From an uncultured Methanosarcinaceae archaeon (lineage in GTDB: Archaea > Halobacteriota > Methanosarcinia > Methanosarcinales > Methanosarcinaceae): DNA of 64,000 nt. The stretch covers positions 32,001-96,000 of the forward strand of contig CAVRJG010000038.1 in assembly GCA_963721455.1 (NCBI GenBank), written 5' to 3'. How positions within the stretch are numbered: the stretch's first letter is position 1; each line of letters starts with the position of its first letter. Made by a program: the position numbers and the translations under genes. The notes beneath the pieces were generated by a model. That model worked only from the letters and a program-made list of their open reading frames with translations, ran no database searches and was not told where the DNA came from. Below, piece by piece: positions 1 through 9,389 of the stretch.

Positions 1-324
1 TAAGCAATTTCCGCAATTTTCTCTCTATTTACGCGCTACAATAATACACTGACATTATTTATATATTTGTCTGTTTATACATTATTAAGTGACTTCCCAG
101 ATGTGAAAAGACGTGAAAAGATATATATCAGTTTACTGTCTGTTCTACTCTGCAAGACGGAAATACCCGCTTTATCTTGATAATCAATTACTCTGGTGGG
201 CCAGTATAATATGTCGGTTTAATTACAGTTAATATTATTGACGTATTTTTATCACTATATCTTAATATCTCTTAATTGGTATGGCATTATAATTGCCTCA
301 TTCATCTCACAATATGGAGTAACA

Positions 325-1611
325 ATGACACTGATGGAAGATGCGAAGAAGGGAATCGTCACCCCCTCAATAGAAGCCGTGGCAAAAGCTGAAGGAATAG
401 ACCCCGAGATTATCCGCTCCTGCGTGGCAAAAGGGCTGATAGCGATCCCCATAAACAAGAGGCGGGAAACCCTTCCTGTCGGGATTGGCAAATATATGAG
501 CACTAAGATCAATGCCAATGTGGGCACTTCGAGGGACTGCATCGATATTGATGCCGAAGTCGAAAAAGCAAAAGCGGCAGAAGCCCTCGGCGCTAATGCG
601 GTCATGGACCTCTCAACAGGCGGGGACCTGGATGAAATCCGCACCCGTATCCTCAAATCGGTCCATATTCCCGTAGGTACGGTTCCTATCTACCAGGCTG
701 CAGCTTCCAGGAAAGTTGTTGTGGAAATGACATCGGATGATATGTTCAACGCTGTCCGGAAACATGCCGAACAGGGCGTGGATTTCGTAACCGTGCACGC
801 CGGAGTTAACCTGAATTCCCTTGAGCGCCTGCGCCAGAGTGACAGGATAATGAATGTTGTCAGCCGCGGAGGTTCTTTTACCCTTGCCTGGATGCTGCAT
901 AACGGGGAAGACAATCCCTTCTATGCCGAATACGACTATCTTCTTGAAATCGCAAAAGAATATGATATGACCCTGAGCCTTGGAGATGGAATGCGCCCGG
1001 GATGCATTGCTGATGCTTCCGACCGCCCGAAGTTCATGGAATTCATCACACTCGGCGAGCTCGTAAAGAGAGCAAGAGCTGTCGATGTCCAGACTTTTGT
1101 GGAAGGCCCTGGACACGTTCCTTTAAATGAGATCGAACTCAGCGTAAGAGGCATGAAAGAACTCTGCAATGACGCCCCTCTCTACCTTCTTGGTCCGCTG
1201 GTGACCGATATTGCTCCTGGCTTCGATCACATTACCGGCGCAATAGGAGGGGCAATTGCAGGGATGTACGGCACGGACTTTCTCTGCATGGTAACACCCT
1301 CTGAACACCTTGCCCTTCCAACCCTCGAAGATATAAAAGAAGGCTTGCTCGTAACAAAGGTTGCAGCCCATACCATAGACCTTATAAAGGAAGGCCCGAG
1401 AGAACGCGCCTGGGAAAAGGACATAGCTATGGCGTATGCCCGCAGGGATCTTGATTGGGAAAAGCAGTTCTCGCTGGCAATCGACGGCAGCAGGGCCCGC
1501 AAAATTCGGGATGCTCGAAAGACTGAAAGTGACGCCTGCTCGATGTGCGGTGATCTCTGCGCCATGAAAATCGTAAGGGAAGCTTTTGAGGAAAAGAGGA
1601 AGGAAGAGTGA
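325..1611 (+). CDS. thiC: Phosphomethylpyrimidine synthase ThiC (or ThiC-paralog BzaF-type radical SAM enzyme)
   Basis: [38 protein letters not shown]-terminal CSMCGDLC cluster motif; ATG at 325 with GGAG upstream preferred over the ORF-track start 238. Confidence 0.88.
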   Translation: MTLMEDAKKGIVTPSIEAVAKAEGIDPEIIRSCVAKGLIAIPINKRRETLPVGIGKYMSTKINANVGTSRDCIDIDAEVEKAKAAEALGANAVMDLSTGGDLDEIRTRILKSVHIPVGTVPIYQAAASRKVVVEMTSDDMFNAVRKHAEQGVDFVTVHAGVNLNSLERLRQSDRIMNVVSRGGSFTLAWMLHNGEDNPFYAEYDYLLEIAKEYDMTLSLGDGMRPGCIADASDRPKFMEFITLGELVKRARAVDVQTFVEGPGHVPLNEIELSVRGMKELCNDAPLYLLGPLVTDIAPGFDHITGAIGGAIAGMYGTDFLCMVTPSEHLALPTLEDIKEGLLVTKVAAHTIDLIKEGPRERAWEKDIAMAYARRDLDWEKQFSLAIDGSRARKIRDARKTESDACSMCGDLCAMKIVREAFEEKRKEE

Positions 1612-1654
1612 AGTTTCTTTTATCCGTCTCTTCTTACCCTTTTCTCCTTCTTTT

Positions 1655-1740
1655 CTTCCTCTCTATTTTCTCTCTATTTCCTCTATTTCCTCTATTTCCT
1701 CTCTATTTCCTCTATTTCCTCTCTATTTCCTCTTTTCTTT
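1655..1740 (+). repeat. Pyrimidine-rich tandem repeat (TTTCCTCTA / TTTCCTCTCTA units), probable terminator region
   Basis: About 7 imperfect 9-11 bp units directly after the thiC stop. Confidence 0.8.
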
Positions 1741-1858
1741 AATTTCAGCCCACTTCGGAAGCTTAAACTATAACATTTTAAGGTCTGCTGCATTACTTAA
1801 CCAGTAAATACAACGAGTAAAAACAGCCAGTAAAACAGCCAGTAAGAAAGGAATTAAA

Positions 1859-2356
1859 ATGGCAGAGAATGAAATCAAGTCCGTTTTGAAAATTCGTATT
1901 GCAGAAAAAGAAGATGTCCCTTTGATTCTTGAATTCGTCAAAGGCATTGCAGAGTTCGAAAAGCTATCACATCTGGTCGCAGCCACTGAAGAATCCCTGA
2001 TGGAGTCCATGTTCGGGGAAAAGTCTTATGCGGAAGTTTTCTTTGCGGAACTGGACGGGGTGCCTGCAGGTTTCACGGTCTTTTTTCATAACTTCTCTAC
2101 TTTTGTGGGAAGGCAGGGGCTCTATATCGAAGATATTTTCGTAAAGCCCGGGTTCCGCGGAAAAGGAATAGGAAAAGCAATGTTTCTCCATTGTGTGAAG
2201 CTTGCAAAAGAAAGGAACTGTGGAAGAGTGGAATGGACAGTTCTCGACTGGAACCCTGCAAGGGAATTCTACGAATACTTTGGGGCAGGCCCTGTAGACG
2301 GGTGGCACATCTACAGGATGGGTGCGGACAAATTCGAAAGTGCACTTGAAAAATAA
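1859..2356 (+). CDS. GNAT family N-acetyltransferase (diamine acetyltransferase-like)
   Basis: LYIEDIFVKPGFRGKGIGK acetyl-CoA motif; VEWTVLDWNPA. Confidence 0.9.
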   Translation: MAENEIKSVLKIRIAEKEDVPLILEFVKGIAEFEKLSHLVAATEESLMESMFGEKSYAEVFFAELDGVPAGFTVFFHNFSTFVGRQGLYIEDIFVKPGFRGKGIGKAMFLHCVKLAKERNCGRVEWTVLDWNPAREFYEYFGAGPVDGWHIYRMGADKFESALEK

Positions 2357-2450
2357 GTTTGAGAGGGTTTGCTTACAATCCTCTCCTTTCTGGTCCTGTT
2401 GATACCCAATTCTTGAAATCTGATCTTTCCCCTGATTGCGTATTCAAGGT

Positions 2451-2855
2451 TCAGGTAACATCTTCTTGCTGGACAAAAGAGTGGTGTTCCAGGCGTTGAA
2501 CTCGTTTTTCAAGGTTCTCTATTTGCTGAAGAAGTTCTTCGGAGGCTTCTCCGCCCTGTTCAGCTCCGGATACCTTTCCTCCGGCTTTCTCGGCAAATTT
2601 CTGAGCCATCTGCATAAATTTGTCAAGTTTCATGACCGGGAACGTCTCAAACCTGCACAGCCCTATGAAAGGAAGGACTGAAGCTGCATATGTTTTCTCG
2701 TCGTCAGTTTCATAAATCACAAACGTGCGGTAGCCCGTAAGGTCAGTCCACTCGTCGATCACTTTTATGCCCTTCGGGTATTCATAATTCGCATAGAAAT
2801 TCGCGACTTTTAATGAGTCTTTCGGCTCCCAGGTTATTATATCCATCAGCAACAT
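2451..2855 (-). CDS. DUF3303-like protein with C-terminal coiled coil
   Basis: MDIITWEP...PKGIKVIDEWTDL..RTFVIYE pattern; C-terminal LQQIENLEKRVQRLE. Confidence 0.7.
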   Translation of the reverse strand: MLLMDIITWEPKDSLKVANFYANYEYPKGIKVIDEWTDLTGYRTFVIYETDDEKTYAASVLPFIGLCRFETFPVMKLDKFMQMAQKFAEKAGGKVSGAEQGGEASEELLQQIENLEKRVQRLEHHSFVQQEDVT

Positions 2856-3112
2856 TTTCTGACACCCCAGTTAAAAATTGATCCGGATGCGGCTCTAAAG
2901 AACCTGGATCGGATTCAAAAATACATTTGGCAAAGTTAAGTATTGTTTCTCTTCAAAAGGGCATATACTTTTAGGAACAAATGTTTAGAAAAAAAGGTTC
3001 GTGAATAGCTTTAAAATGGAACTTATCCAAAAATTCATTTCGTTCTTAATTATTTTGGACTTACGCAGTTAAACAAAACAACTTTTAAATATTTATTCAA
3101 CTTATTTATTAT

Positions 3113-3264
3113 GGGGTGTATCCAAAAATTCGAAGTTTGCCTCTTTGAATTTTGCATTTAATAATTAATCGGGTTTTTGATCAGGAAAAATTCTATAAAT
3201 TTTCAATGAATGAAAATATAGTGGGTTTCAGCTGGTCTGAGTCTCTTTACTTTCGGACTCACGC
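3113..3264. mobile_element. Degenerate MITE-like element, same family as 7501-7629
   Basis: Internal ATAATTAATCGGGTTTTTGATCAGGAAAAATT...AATGAATGAAAATA resembles 7547-7610; imperfect terminal inverted repeats. Confidence 0.5.
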
Positions 3265-3328
3265 AGTTAAACTGGGAAACCGGTGGCATAGGCTTCAAAC
3301 TATCAAAATTATATATTTATAATGAGGG

Positions 3329-3961
3329 ATGTCTATTATAAAATCAAAGAGAGACTACGACTTATACCTTGAAGCAGACAAATTAGCTTTAGGAAAAAAT
3401 TATAAAAAGCCTAAATTAATTGGCGATGATATCTGGAAATTTCAAAGACTATTAAGGAAGGCTGAGTATTATCATAACTGTAAGAAATCTTTTATTCATA
3501 AATTCTATCTCAAATATATATTTTTTAGATTTCATCTGATGAGCATCCATCTCGGGTATAGCATTCCAATAAATGTTTTTGGTCCTGGATTATGCATAGC
3601 CCACGTAGGAACTATTGTTGTAAACAAAGATGCCAGAGTTGGAGAGAATTGCAGGATACATGTTTGTACCAATATCGGATCTGGTAGAGGCGATGTTTTT
3701 TCGGCACCAAAAATAGGAAATGACGTGTACGTTGGTCCAGGTGCCAAAATCTTTGGAGGTATTGTAATTGCTGATAATATTGCAATTGGGGCAAATTCTG
3801 TTGTAAACAAATCATTTTACGAAAAAGGGATTTCGATTGCAGGAGTTCCTGCCAAAAAAATAAATAATAAAGGATCCGATGGAATGATAATTTCAGCTAC
3901 AAAAATTATTCCAGTCCATACTCCGCAACTTCCTTTAGAGCGCGCCAACGCAACGGAGTAA
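3329..3961 (+). CDS. Serine acetyltransferase-like hexapeptide-repeat acetyltransferase (polysaccharide O-acetylase, WcaB-like)
   Basis: FGPGLCIAH.GTIVVN, PKIGNDVYVGPGAKIFG, IGANSVV, AGVPAK; AT-rich codon usage. Confidence 0.85.
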   Translation: MSIIKSKRDYDLYLEADKLALGKNYKKPKLIGDDIWKFQRLLRKAEYYHNCKKSFIHKFYLKYIFFRFHLMSIHLGYSIPINVFGPGLCIAHVGTIVVNKDARVGENCRIHVCTNIGSGRGDVFSAPKIGNDVYVGPGAKIFGGIVIADNIAIGANSVVNKSFYEKGISIAGVPAKKINNKGSDGMIISATKIIPVHTPQLPLERANATE

Positions 3962-4184
3962 TTAAGTGGTAACTATTTAGCCTGAGAAAAGCAACCTCAA
4001 TAAATTTTTTGTAGCCATCTTTCTTAAGATGACTATTGACAACGTTTTTTCAGTATCTATTGCACGCAGATAGCTGAAGGCGTGTGACACGCAAGGCATA
4101 TCCACTATGTATTCCTCTCTATTTAGACCGTTATTTTCATGTATCTTATCTCCGACATAAAGTCCAATAAATCCATGTTAGATA

Positions 4185-4341
4185 GGACTTAAGCAGTTGA
4201 ACTGAGGAACCAGTAGCATTAAATTCAACCTGCTGATAATCTACGGATGATAGAGCTGTTGAATCGAAGGTTAAAAATCTGTTTTCTTAAACTTACACAC
4301 GTTCCTGTTGTTTTGTGCATGATACTCGCACTACGTAACTA
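4185..4341 (+). repeat. Degenerate copy of the upstream and signal-peptide region of the 4823 gene, starting with a GGACTTACGC-family MITE end
   Basis: Aligns with 4760-4919 (GATAATCTACGG.TGATAGAG.TGTTGAATCGAA.GTTAAAAATCT...GTTCCTGTTGTTTTGTGCATGA). Confidence 0.75.
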
Positions 4342-4822
4342 TTTATAGTAAGTTTAAAGTAGTTATACTAAAGTAAAAACGTAAAAAAATTTTACAGTCT
4401 AAGTTCCTCCTTTTTTAAGCACATAAGTGTTTCCTGATATCAAATTGTGTGCTTAAACTTACGCGCATGAACTACATGTTCTAATTTCAAAATCACAATC
4501 ATCTGACATTGAAACAATAAGGGCAATGAAACTTGAAGGTAAATCCACTGAGGATATTGAAACAAAGGTTTCAAGGAAAAGAAAGCTGAATCCTTAAATG
4601 TTTGCTTATCTCCTGACCAGGGGAACTCCTGCCTGAATTCGAGAGGGTAAGATCTGCCATTAGGTGCTTTACTGGAGATTAAACCGCCAGAGAGATATTG
4701 AATCTTTCAAGAGTCCATCTTTGTGATCTAATCTCCAGTTTAAATCTGAGACTTTTTTAGGATTTGCGCAGTTGAATTGAGAGACCGGTAAAATGTGAAT
4801 TCAAGCTGCAGATAATCTACGG

Positions 4823-7048
4823 GTGATAGAGTTGTTGAATCGAATGTTAAAAATCTTTTTTTTTACAGGCTTCTTTATACTTACATGCGTTCCTGTTGTT
4901 TTGTGCATGACACCTGCACCAATAGTCTACGTTGCGGGAGATGGCAGTGGTGATTTCAACTGTTCTGGAGATAACGATCAAGTACAAATTAACGAGGCCC
5001 TTACATATGTTGCCGAAAACTTCGAATATACAACGGTCTACCTCAAGGGACCTTTCACATACGTCATAGACGATACTCTTCAGATTGGTGGCAACACAAT
5101 CCTTGAAGGAGACTCCACTGCTGTGATCAAATTGGCTGATCATGCGGGCTGGCCGAAAGAAAAACCTATAATTAAACAAATGGACAGCGTCGGAAACCAG
5201 GATATTATTATACGCGGTTTTACTATTGATGGAAACCGAGAAGAAAATACCAATGTAATAAGCGGAGGAGGCTACTACAATCTTATTCACTTGAGCGATT
5301 GCCAGAACATAAGTGTGTATAATATGTATCTGACCAATAACCACGGAGACGGCTTAAAGACTGACAATTGTTCTAACGTAAAATCCTATAATAATACGGC
5401 ATACTCATTAGGGCATGATGCTCTATATGCCATTGCCTGTTCAAATGTGGAAGCCTATAACAACACAATAACCTGTAGAACGAATAGTGGCCTGAGATTA
5501 TATAACACAAACCATGCAAGTTTCTACAATAACACTATTACCTCCGAAAATTCCGGAGGTGCAGGAATTGAAATCCAGAAGGACGGATCGTATTCCACAA
5601 TGGATGATATTGAGGTATACAATAACGTAATATACAACACTGCGCTTTCAGGAATTTTGGTTTTCGGATCAGAAAATTATTCCACGTCCTCAGCAAATGT
5701 CCACATCCACCATAACCAGATCTATGATACTGGAACTGGTTCAAGCAGCGAATTTATAGGTGGAATCTTATCCTATGGGTTCAATGGGCTCATTGAGAAC
5801 AACGTGATTGATGGGGCATACGGGGCTGGTATTGTGCAAAATAAGGCATATTATTCGTCTCCGGAGGGTTCAGGGTATTTGATTACGGTAAAAAATAACA
5901 TAATAACGAATACTCGCGCATCAGCAGCCGGAGGGAAAGGGTATGGAATATGTAACCTGCTTACAGACACACACTCTTTTGTCCTGCAGAACAACTCTTT
6001 CTATAACAACGCAGGTGGCGACTATATAGGCGTTGAGCCATCACCTTCGGATATAGTAGCAGACCCTCAATACGCAGATAGGGATAAACACGACTATCAC
6101 CTGAAGTCAAAAGCAGGTCGCTGGGACGGAAACAGTTGGGTAAATGACAATATAAGTTCCCCATGCATCGATGCAGGAGATCCTTTATCGGATTATTCTA
6201 ACGAACCGGAACCCAACGGAGACAGGATCAACATAGGTCTGGATGGAAATACAAGGTATGCCTCAAAATCAGAATTTGATGTGTCATACAATAGTAGTGG
6301 AAACAGTAGCAGTGACAGCAGTGGCAGCAGTGGAGGAAGCAGCCACATCAGCAGTGGTGGTGTCGGCTCTCCCGAACCTGCAAGAAACGTTGAGACTAAG
6401 GAACTTTCACAGGTATTCATTACAAACGACAAAAATATAACGTTTGATTTCGCAAAGAATGCAACCTGTGTTGTTTATGTGAATTTTGATGCAAAAAAGA
6501 CAGTTGGTAAGACAACAGCCATTGTAGAGATGCTGAAAAATAAATCTACTCTGGTTTCAGACCTACCTTCAGGCGAGGTATATAAATCCTTTAATCTCTG
6601 GGTTGGAAACGGTGGATATGGGACCTCAAATAATATAGAAAATCCGGTCGTATGTTTCAAGGTTGAAAAATCCTGGATACAGGAAAAGAATATCAATAAT
6701 TCTTCTATCACCCTGAACAGGTACAATGATACAGAATGGGATCCGCTTTCAACCAACCTGTCAGGGGAAGATGGCGCGTACCTCTATTTCACAGCCAAAA
6801 CCCCTGGATTCTCTCCCTTTGCAATAACAGGTAAGATTAAAGCAAAAGTAACTGTGGCTGAAATACTGCCTGAACCTGACCCTCAGGATCTTGAACAAAA
6901 CGGAAGTATAAAATCAGAAATTGAAAATAAGCCTGAGCAGACAGGAAACACAAGTACTCCTCAGAAAGAAAACGTAAGTATGCCTGGATTTGAAATAGCT
7001 TCTGGGATCGTCTGTCTGCTTGGCGTATTCTTGTACAAAAGAAGATAA
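4823..7048 (+). CDS. Cell-surface protein: right-handed parallel beta-helix (disaggregatase-related) + PGF-pre-PGF domain + PGF-CTERM anchor
   Basis: Signal peptide, VYVAGDGSGDFNC, NNTI repeats, DYHLKS.AGRW, SG-rich linker, SPEPARNV...FTAKTPGFSPFAITG, C-terminal MPGFE-TM-KRR. Confidence 0.9.
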   Translation: MIELLNRMLKIFFFTGFFILTCVPVVLCMTPAPIVYVAGDGSGDFNCSGDNDQVQINEALTYVAENFEYTTVYLKGPFTYVIDDTLQIGGNTILEGDSTAVIKLADHAGWPKEKPIIKQMDSVGNQDIIIRGFTIDGNREENTNVISGGGYYNLIHLSDCQNISVYNMYLTNNHGDGLKTDNCSNVKSYNNTAYSLGHDALYAIACSNVEAYNNTITCRTNSGLRLYNTNHASFYNNTITSENSGGAGIEIQKDGSYSTMDDIEVYNNVIYNTALSGILVFGSENYSTSSANVHIHHNQIYDTGTGSSSEFIGGILSYGFNGLIENNVIDGAYGAGIVQNKAYYSSPEGSGYLITVKNNIITNTRASAAGGKGYGICNLLTDTHSFVLQNNSFYNNAGGDYIGVEPSPSDIVADPQYADRDKHDYHLKSKAGRWDGNSWVNDNISSPCIDAGDPLSDYSNEPEPNGDRINIGLDGNTRYASKSEFDVSYNSSGNSSSDSSGSSGGSSHISSGGVGSPEPARNVETKELSQVFITNDKNITFDFAKNATCVVYVNFDAKKTVGKTTAIVEMLKNKSTLVSDLPSGEVYKSFNLWVGNGGYGTSNNIENPVVCFKVEKSWIQEKNINNSSITLNRYNDTEWDPLSTNLSGEDGAYLYFTAKTPGFSPFAITGKIKAKVTVAEILPEPDPQDLEQNGSIKSEIENKPEQTGNTSTPQKENVSMPGFEIASGIVCLLGVFLYKRR

Positions 7049-7237
7049 AAAAGAATAAATTGTAGTTAGATGGTAGGGATAACTGACCCCACTATCTAAT
7101 TTCTTACCTCTTTTTAATTTCATTTAAAATTCTCAAAGTCTCTTTTTATGGAGATAAACAGACTACCTGGAGGTCTATCTTACTCTTGAAAGCTGGAGAG
7201 TTAAGCCCTTACCTGACAGAAAAAACCAAAAAACTTG

Positions 7238-7290
7238 ATTTTGTTAGCCCTGAATTTGGGGTTCAGAGGGCTGATTCTCAAGAAATATAA
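7238..7290. repeat. Dispersed hairpin repeat A (TTGTTAGCCCTGAATTTGGGGTTCAGAGGGCTGATTCTCAAGAAATA), copy 1
   Basis: Near-identical copy at 10296-10345. Confidence 0.8.
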
Positions 7291-7419
7291 AGTATTTCTT
7301 CCTTTGATTTTAGTTATTGTTGCCCTAAATTTAATTTAAATAAAAATTTTTAATAATAAATTTCAAAAGAATTTATTTTTTCAACTTTTCTGTTTTTCTG
7401 ATCACTCTATCTATGTTTT

Positions 7420-7480
7420 TCCGAACTCAGTTATTCTACATCATGTAGGAATACAGAGAAAGCGACCGATTACCGTACTA
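7420..7480. repeat. Dispersed repeat C, copy 1
   Basis: CTCAGTTATTCTACATCATGTAGGAATAC...GACCGATTACCGT recurs at ~14025-14080. Confidence 0.7.
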
Positions 7481-7500
7481 TGAAACAGCTTTTTATTATG

Positions 7501-7629
7501 AGCTGATCCCAAAACTCAAAATTTCTTCTCTGAATCTCGTATTCGGAATAATCAATCAAGGTTTCTGATCATGAAAATTATTTCTGAAACTCTTAATGAT
7601 TGAGAATAAAATTGGTTTTGGGATGAGCT
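7501..7629. mobile_element. MITE, 129 bp
   Basis: TIRs AGCTGATCCCAAAAC / GTTTTGGGATGAGCT (14/15 match); no ORF. Confidence 0.75.
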
Positions 7630-7840
7630 TTATCATTGTCAAAAATTGCTTGTTCCCCTTCGTTTGAGTTCAAATTTGAAGTTTGATTCAGGGTGTTAAA
7701 CTTTATCATCTGAAAATTAGCTCCTCTAATGTCTGCTCCTGTCATGTTTGCTTTCATCAGGTAGGCTTTTTTCATTTTGGATTCTGTCATTTTGGATTCC
7801 ATCATTTTGGCTCCAGCCAGGTCTGCTTCCGCGAGGACGG
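7630..7840 (-). pseudogene. Pentapeptide-repeat protein fragment
   Basis: EADLAGAKMMESKMTESKMKKAYLMKANMTGADIRGANF periodicity; no proper start; 3' end runs into a MITE. Confidence 0.6.
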
Positions 7841-8530
7841 TCTGTTTCTATCTCCAAGTTAGAGAATAGATAATGAACACATATAATCAATGTTTAAATA
7901 TTTTAATAAATAGAAAAAAAGTTAAATATATTAACAAGAGGGGCTATTAATATTTGGGGAACTTATATAATCGAATTCAAAAAGGACTTGTGAAGGGGTT
8001 GGAGTAAACGTCTAAATGGTTAGATTTGGGTGAATGGATATCGTCCACCGTAAGGTTTTCAATCGTGGGTGTGTTTTGCGTGGTGGTGTTGATTTGGCAC
8101 TTGATTGTCTCTCTTATGCGGCTCGGGATCTCTGCTGGATCGGAGAAAATTTCAAATCGTAAGAATGATGCCGTTGAAAACAATAATAATTAAAGTATTT
8201 GCCAGTGCGTTGGAGAAAATGCGGCAGGAAGCGGGAGAGTCACTAACGAAGAGTAAGCCAGAATATAATACATAAACTATCTAATTTTTTTAATACTAAT
8301 TTGTAACCCGATGTTACTTTTGGGCAGGTTTAAGAAACTGAATTCGTAGAAGACCTGGAAAAAGCAAATTAAGCCTTTTAGCTGAGTCCTTGTAGGATTC
8401 CAGGCAATTGAAGAAAATGATAAGGCTGTTAAGCCTCTGGCTCCTTTTACTAAGAATTATCAGAAGATAGTCTACGAGCTATTTATTGATTCTGATACAG
8501 GTGAAATTAATTGGGGATCTCAATACTTTA

Positions 8531-8644
8531 GGACTTACGCGGTTGAACTGAGAAATCAATAGCATTAAACCTTCAACTGTATAAAACACTAAGCCAGTCA
8601 CAACGCCGAATGTGCTTGATTTTGTACTTCAAATGCGTAAGTCC
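8531..8644. mobile_element. Complete MITE (114 bp) with TA target-site duplication
   Basis: TA-GGACTTACGC...GCGTAAGTCC-TA; related left ends at 3057, 3255, 4185, 4760. Confidence 0.85.
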
Positions 8645-8645
8645 T

Positions 8646-8943
8646 ATTACATGAAGCAAAACGCCAAAAATGATAAGCCTTTCACGCTTAACAGCCATGT
8701 TTTGGAGAGGGTTAAGGCTTGGGAAAACGTGGTTTTGGGGGATCAGGCTACCTCAAAAGAAGTTTTATATACGGGCATTTTTGAACAGATAGCTACAAGA
8801 GATAAGCAGATAAGCTAGCTAAACGAAGTGACACAAAAACAGGCAGTATACATTCAGAAATTATTCCGGAGAATAGTAAACTAAACATGAAACTATTGCC
8901 GGAAATCACCGAGAATAATAAACCATGGTGGAAATTTTGGTGA
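8646..8943 (+). pseudogene. Remnant of a coiled-coil protein ending KPWWKFW (plasmid/integrative-element type); first ~190 bp repeated at 10403-10595
   Basis: MKQNAKNDKPFTL...KQIS*LNEVTQKQAVYIQKL, frameshift, then MKLLPEITENNKPWWKFW*. Confidence 0.6.
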
Positions 8944-9164
8944 TACCAAACGAATTCTTTTGAGTATTTTAACGGTCACTTTAAAGTTCATAACAAGTTC
9001 ATTTGTGATCCAAATTGAATTCACTTCTATTCTATGTTGGATTCTTGCGCTAAAAAGCAATACTTATATAATAAAAAATAAGTTTTCAAAATAACTAAGA
9101 GTATTAGAATAGATATATTCCATGTTTATATATAACGGTTAAGTTAAAAAATTACAATTCAGGA

Positions 9165-9389
9165 GTGCTTACAGTGCTCGATTGGATTTATAGTAACAAA
9201 GAATGGCTCTTTGAAGGAATAGGTGTTCTAGCTATATCAACTATTCTAAATAAATTTGTCTTCACTAAGAAAAAGCAACCATTAGACATGAAATATACCA
9301 AACAAGAGCAAAAGTCGGGCAATAATTCTACAAATATACAATCTGCTACGGATATAACATTTTTCCTGTCCTCCAAGGAGGACAAATGA
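9165..9389 (+). CDS. Small single-pass membrane protein with C-terminal QKSGNNSTNIQ motif
   Basis: AGGA RBS, DWIYSNKEWLFEGIGV + TM helix, basic patch; ATGA overlap with the next gene. Confidence 0.75.
   Translation: MLTVLDWIYSNKEWLFEGIGVLAISTILNKFVFTKKKQPLDMKYTKQEQKSGNNSTNIQSATDITFFLSSKEDK

Noticed and set aside
238-324. N-terminal extension of ThiC (similarly the PmbA 58876 and MtaC 27806 starts)
   Set aside because: AT-rich promoter or overlapping sequence; downstream starts have an RBS and match family N-termini.
7238-7290. Repeat A as an integron attC site
   Set aside because: The GTTAGCC box is at the wrong end for RYYYAAC...GTTRRRY, there are only two copies, and no integron integrase is present.
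7977-8183. 68-aa ORF and small coding-like scraps at ~4500-4597, ~8330-8530 and ~14220-14403
   Set aside because: Probably gene remnants, but too short or broken to assign.
8816-8818. In-frame TAG as pyrrolysine (also the TAG stop at 10256)
   Set aside because: The second repeat copy has AAG at this position and a frameshift follows; readthrough at 10256 adds only a short non-conserved tail. No methylamine methyltransferase genes here.
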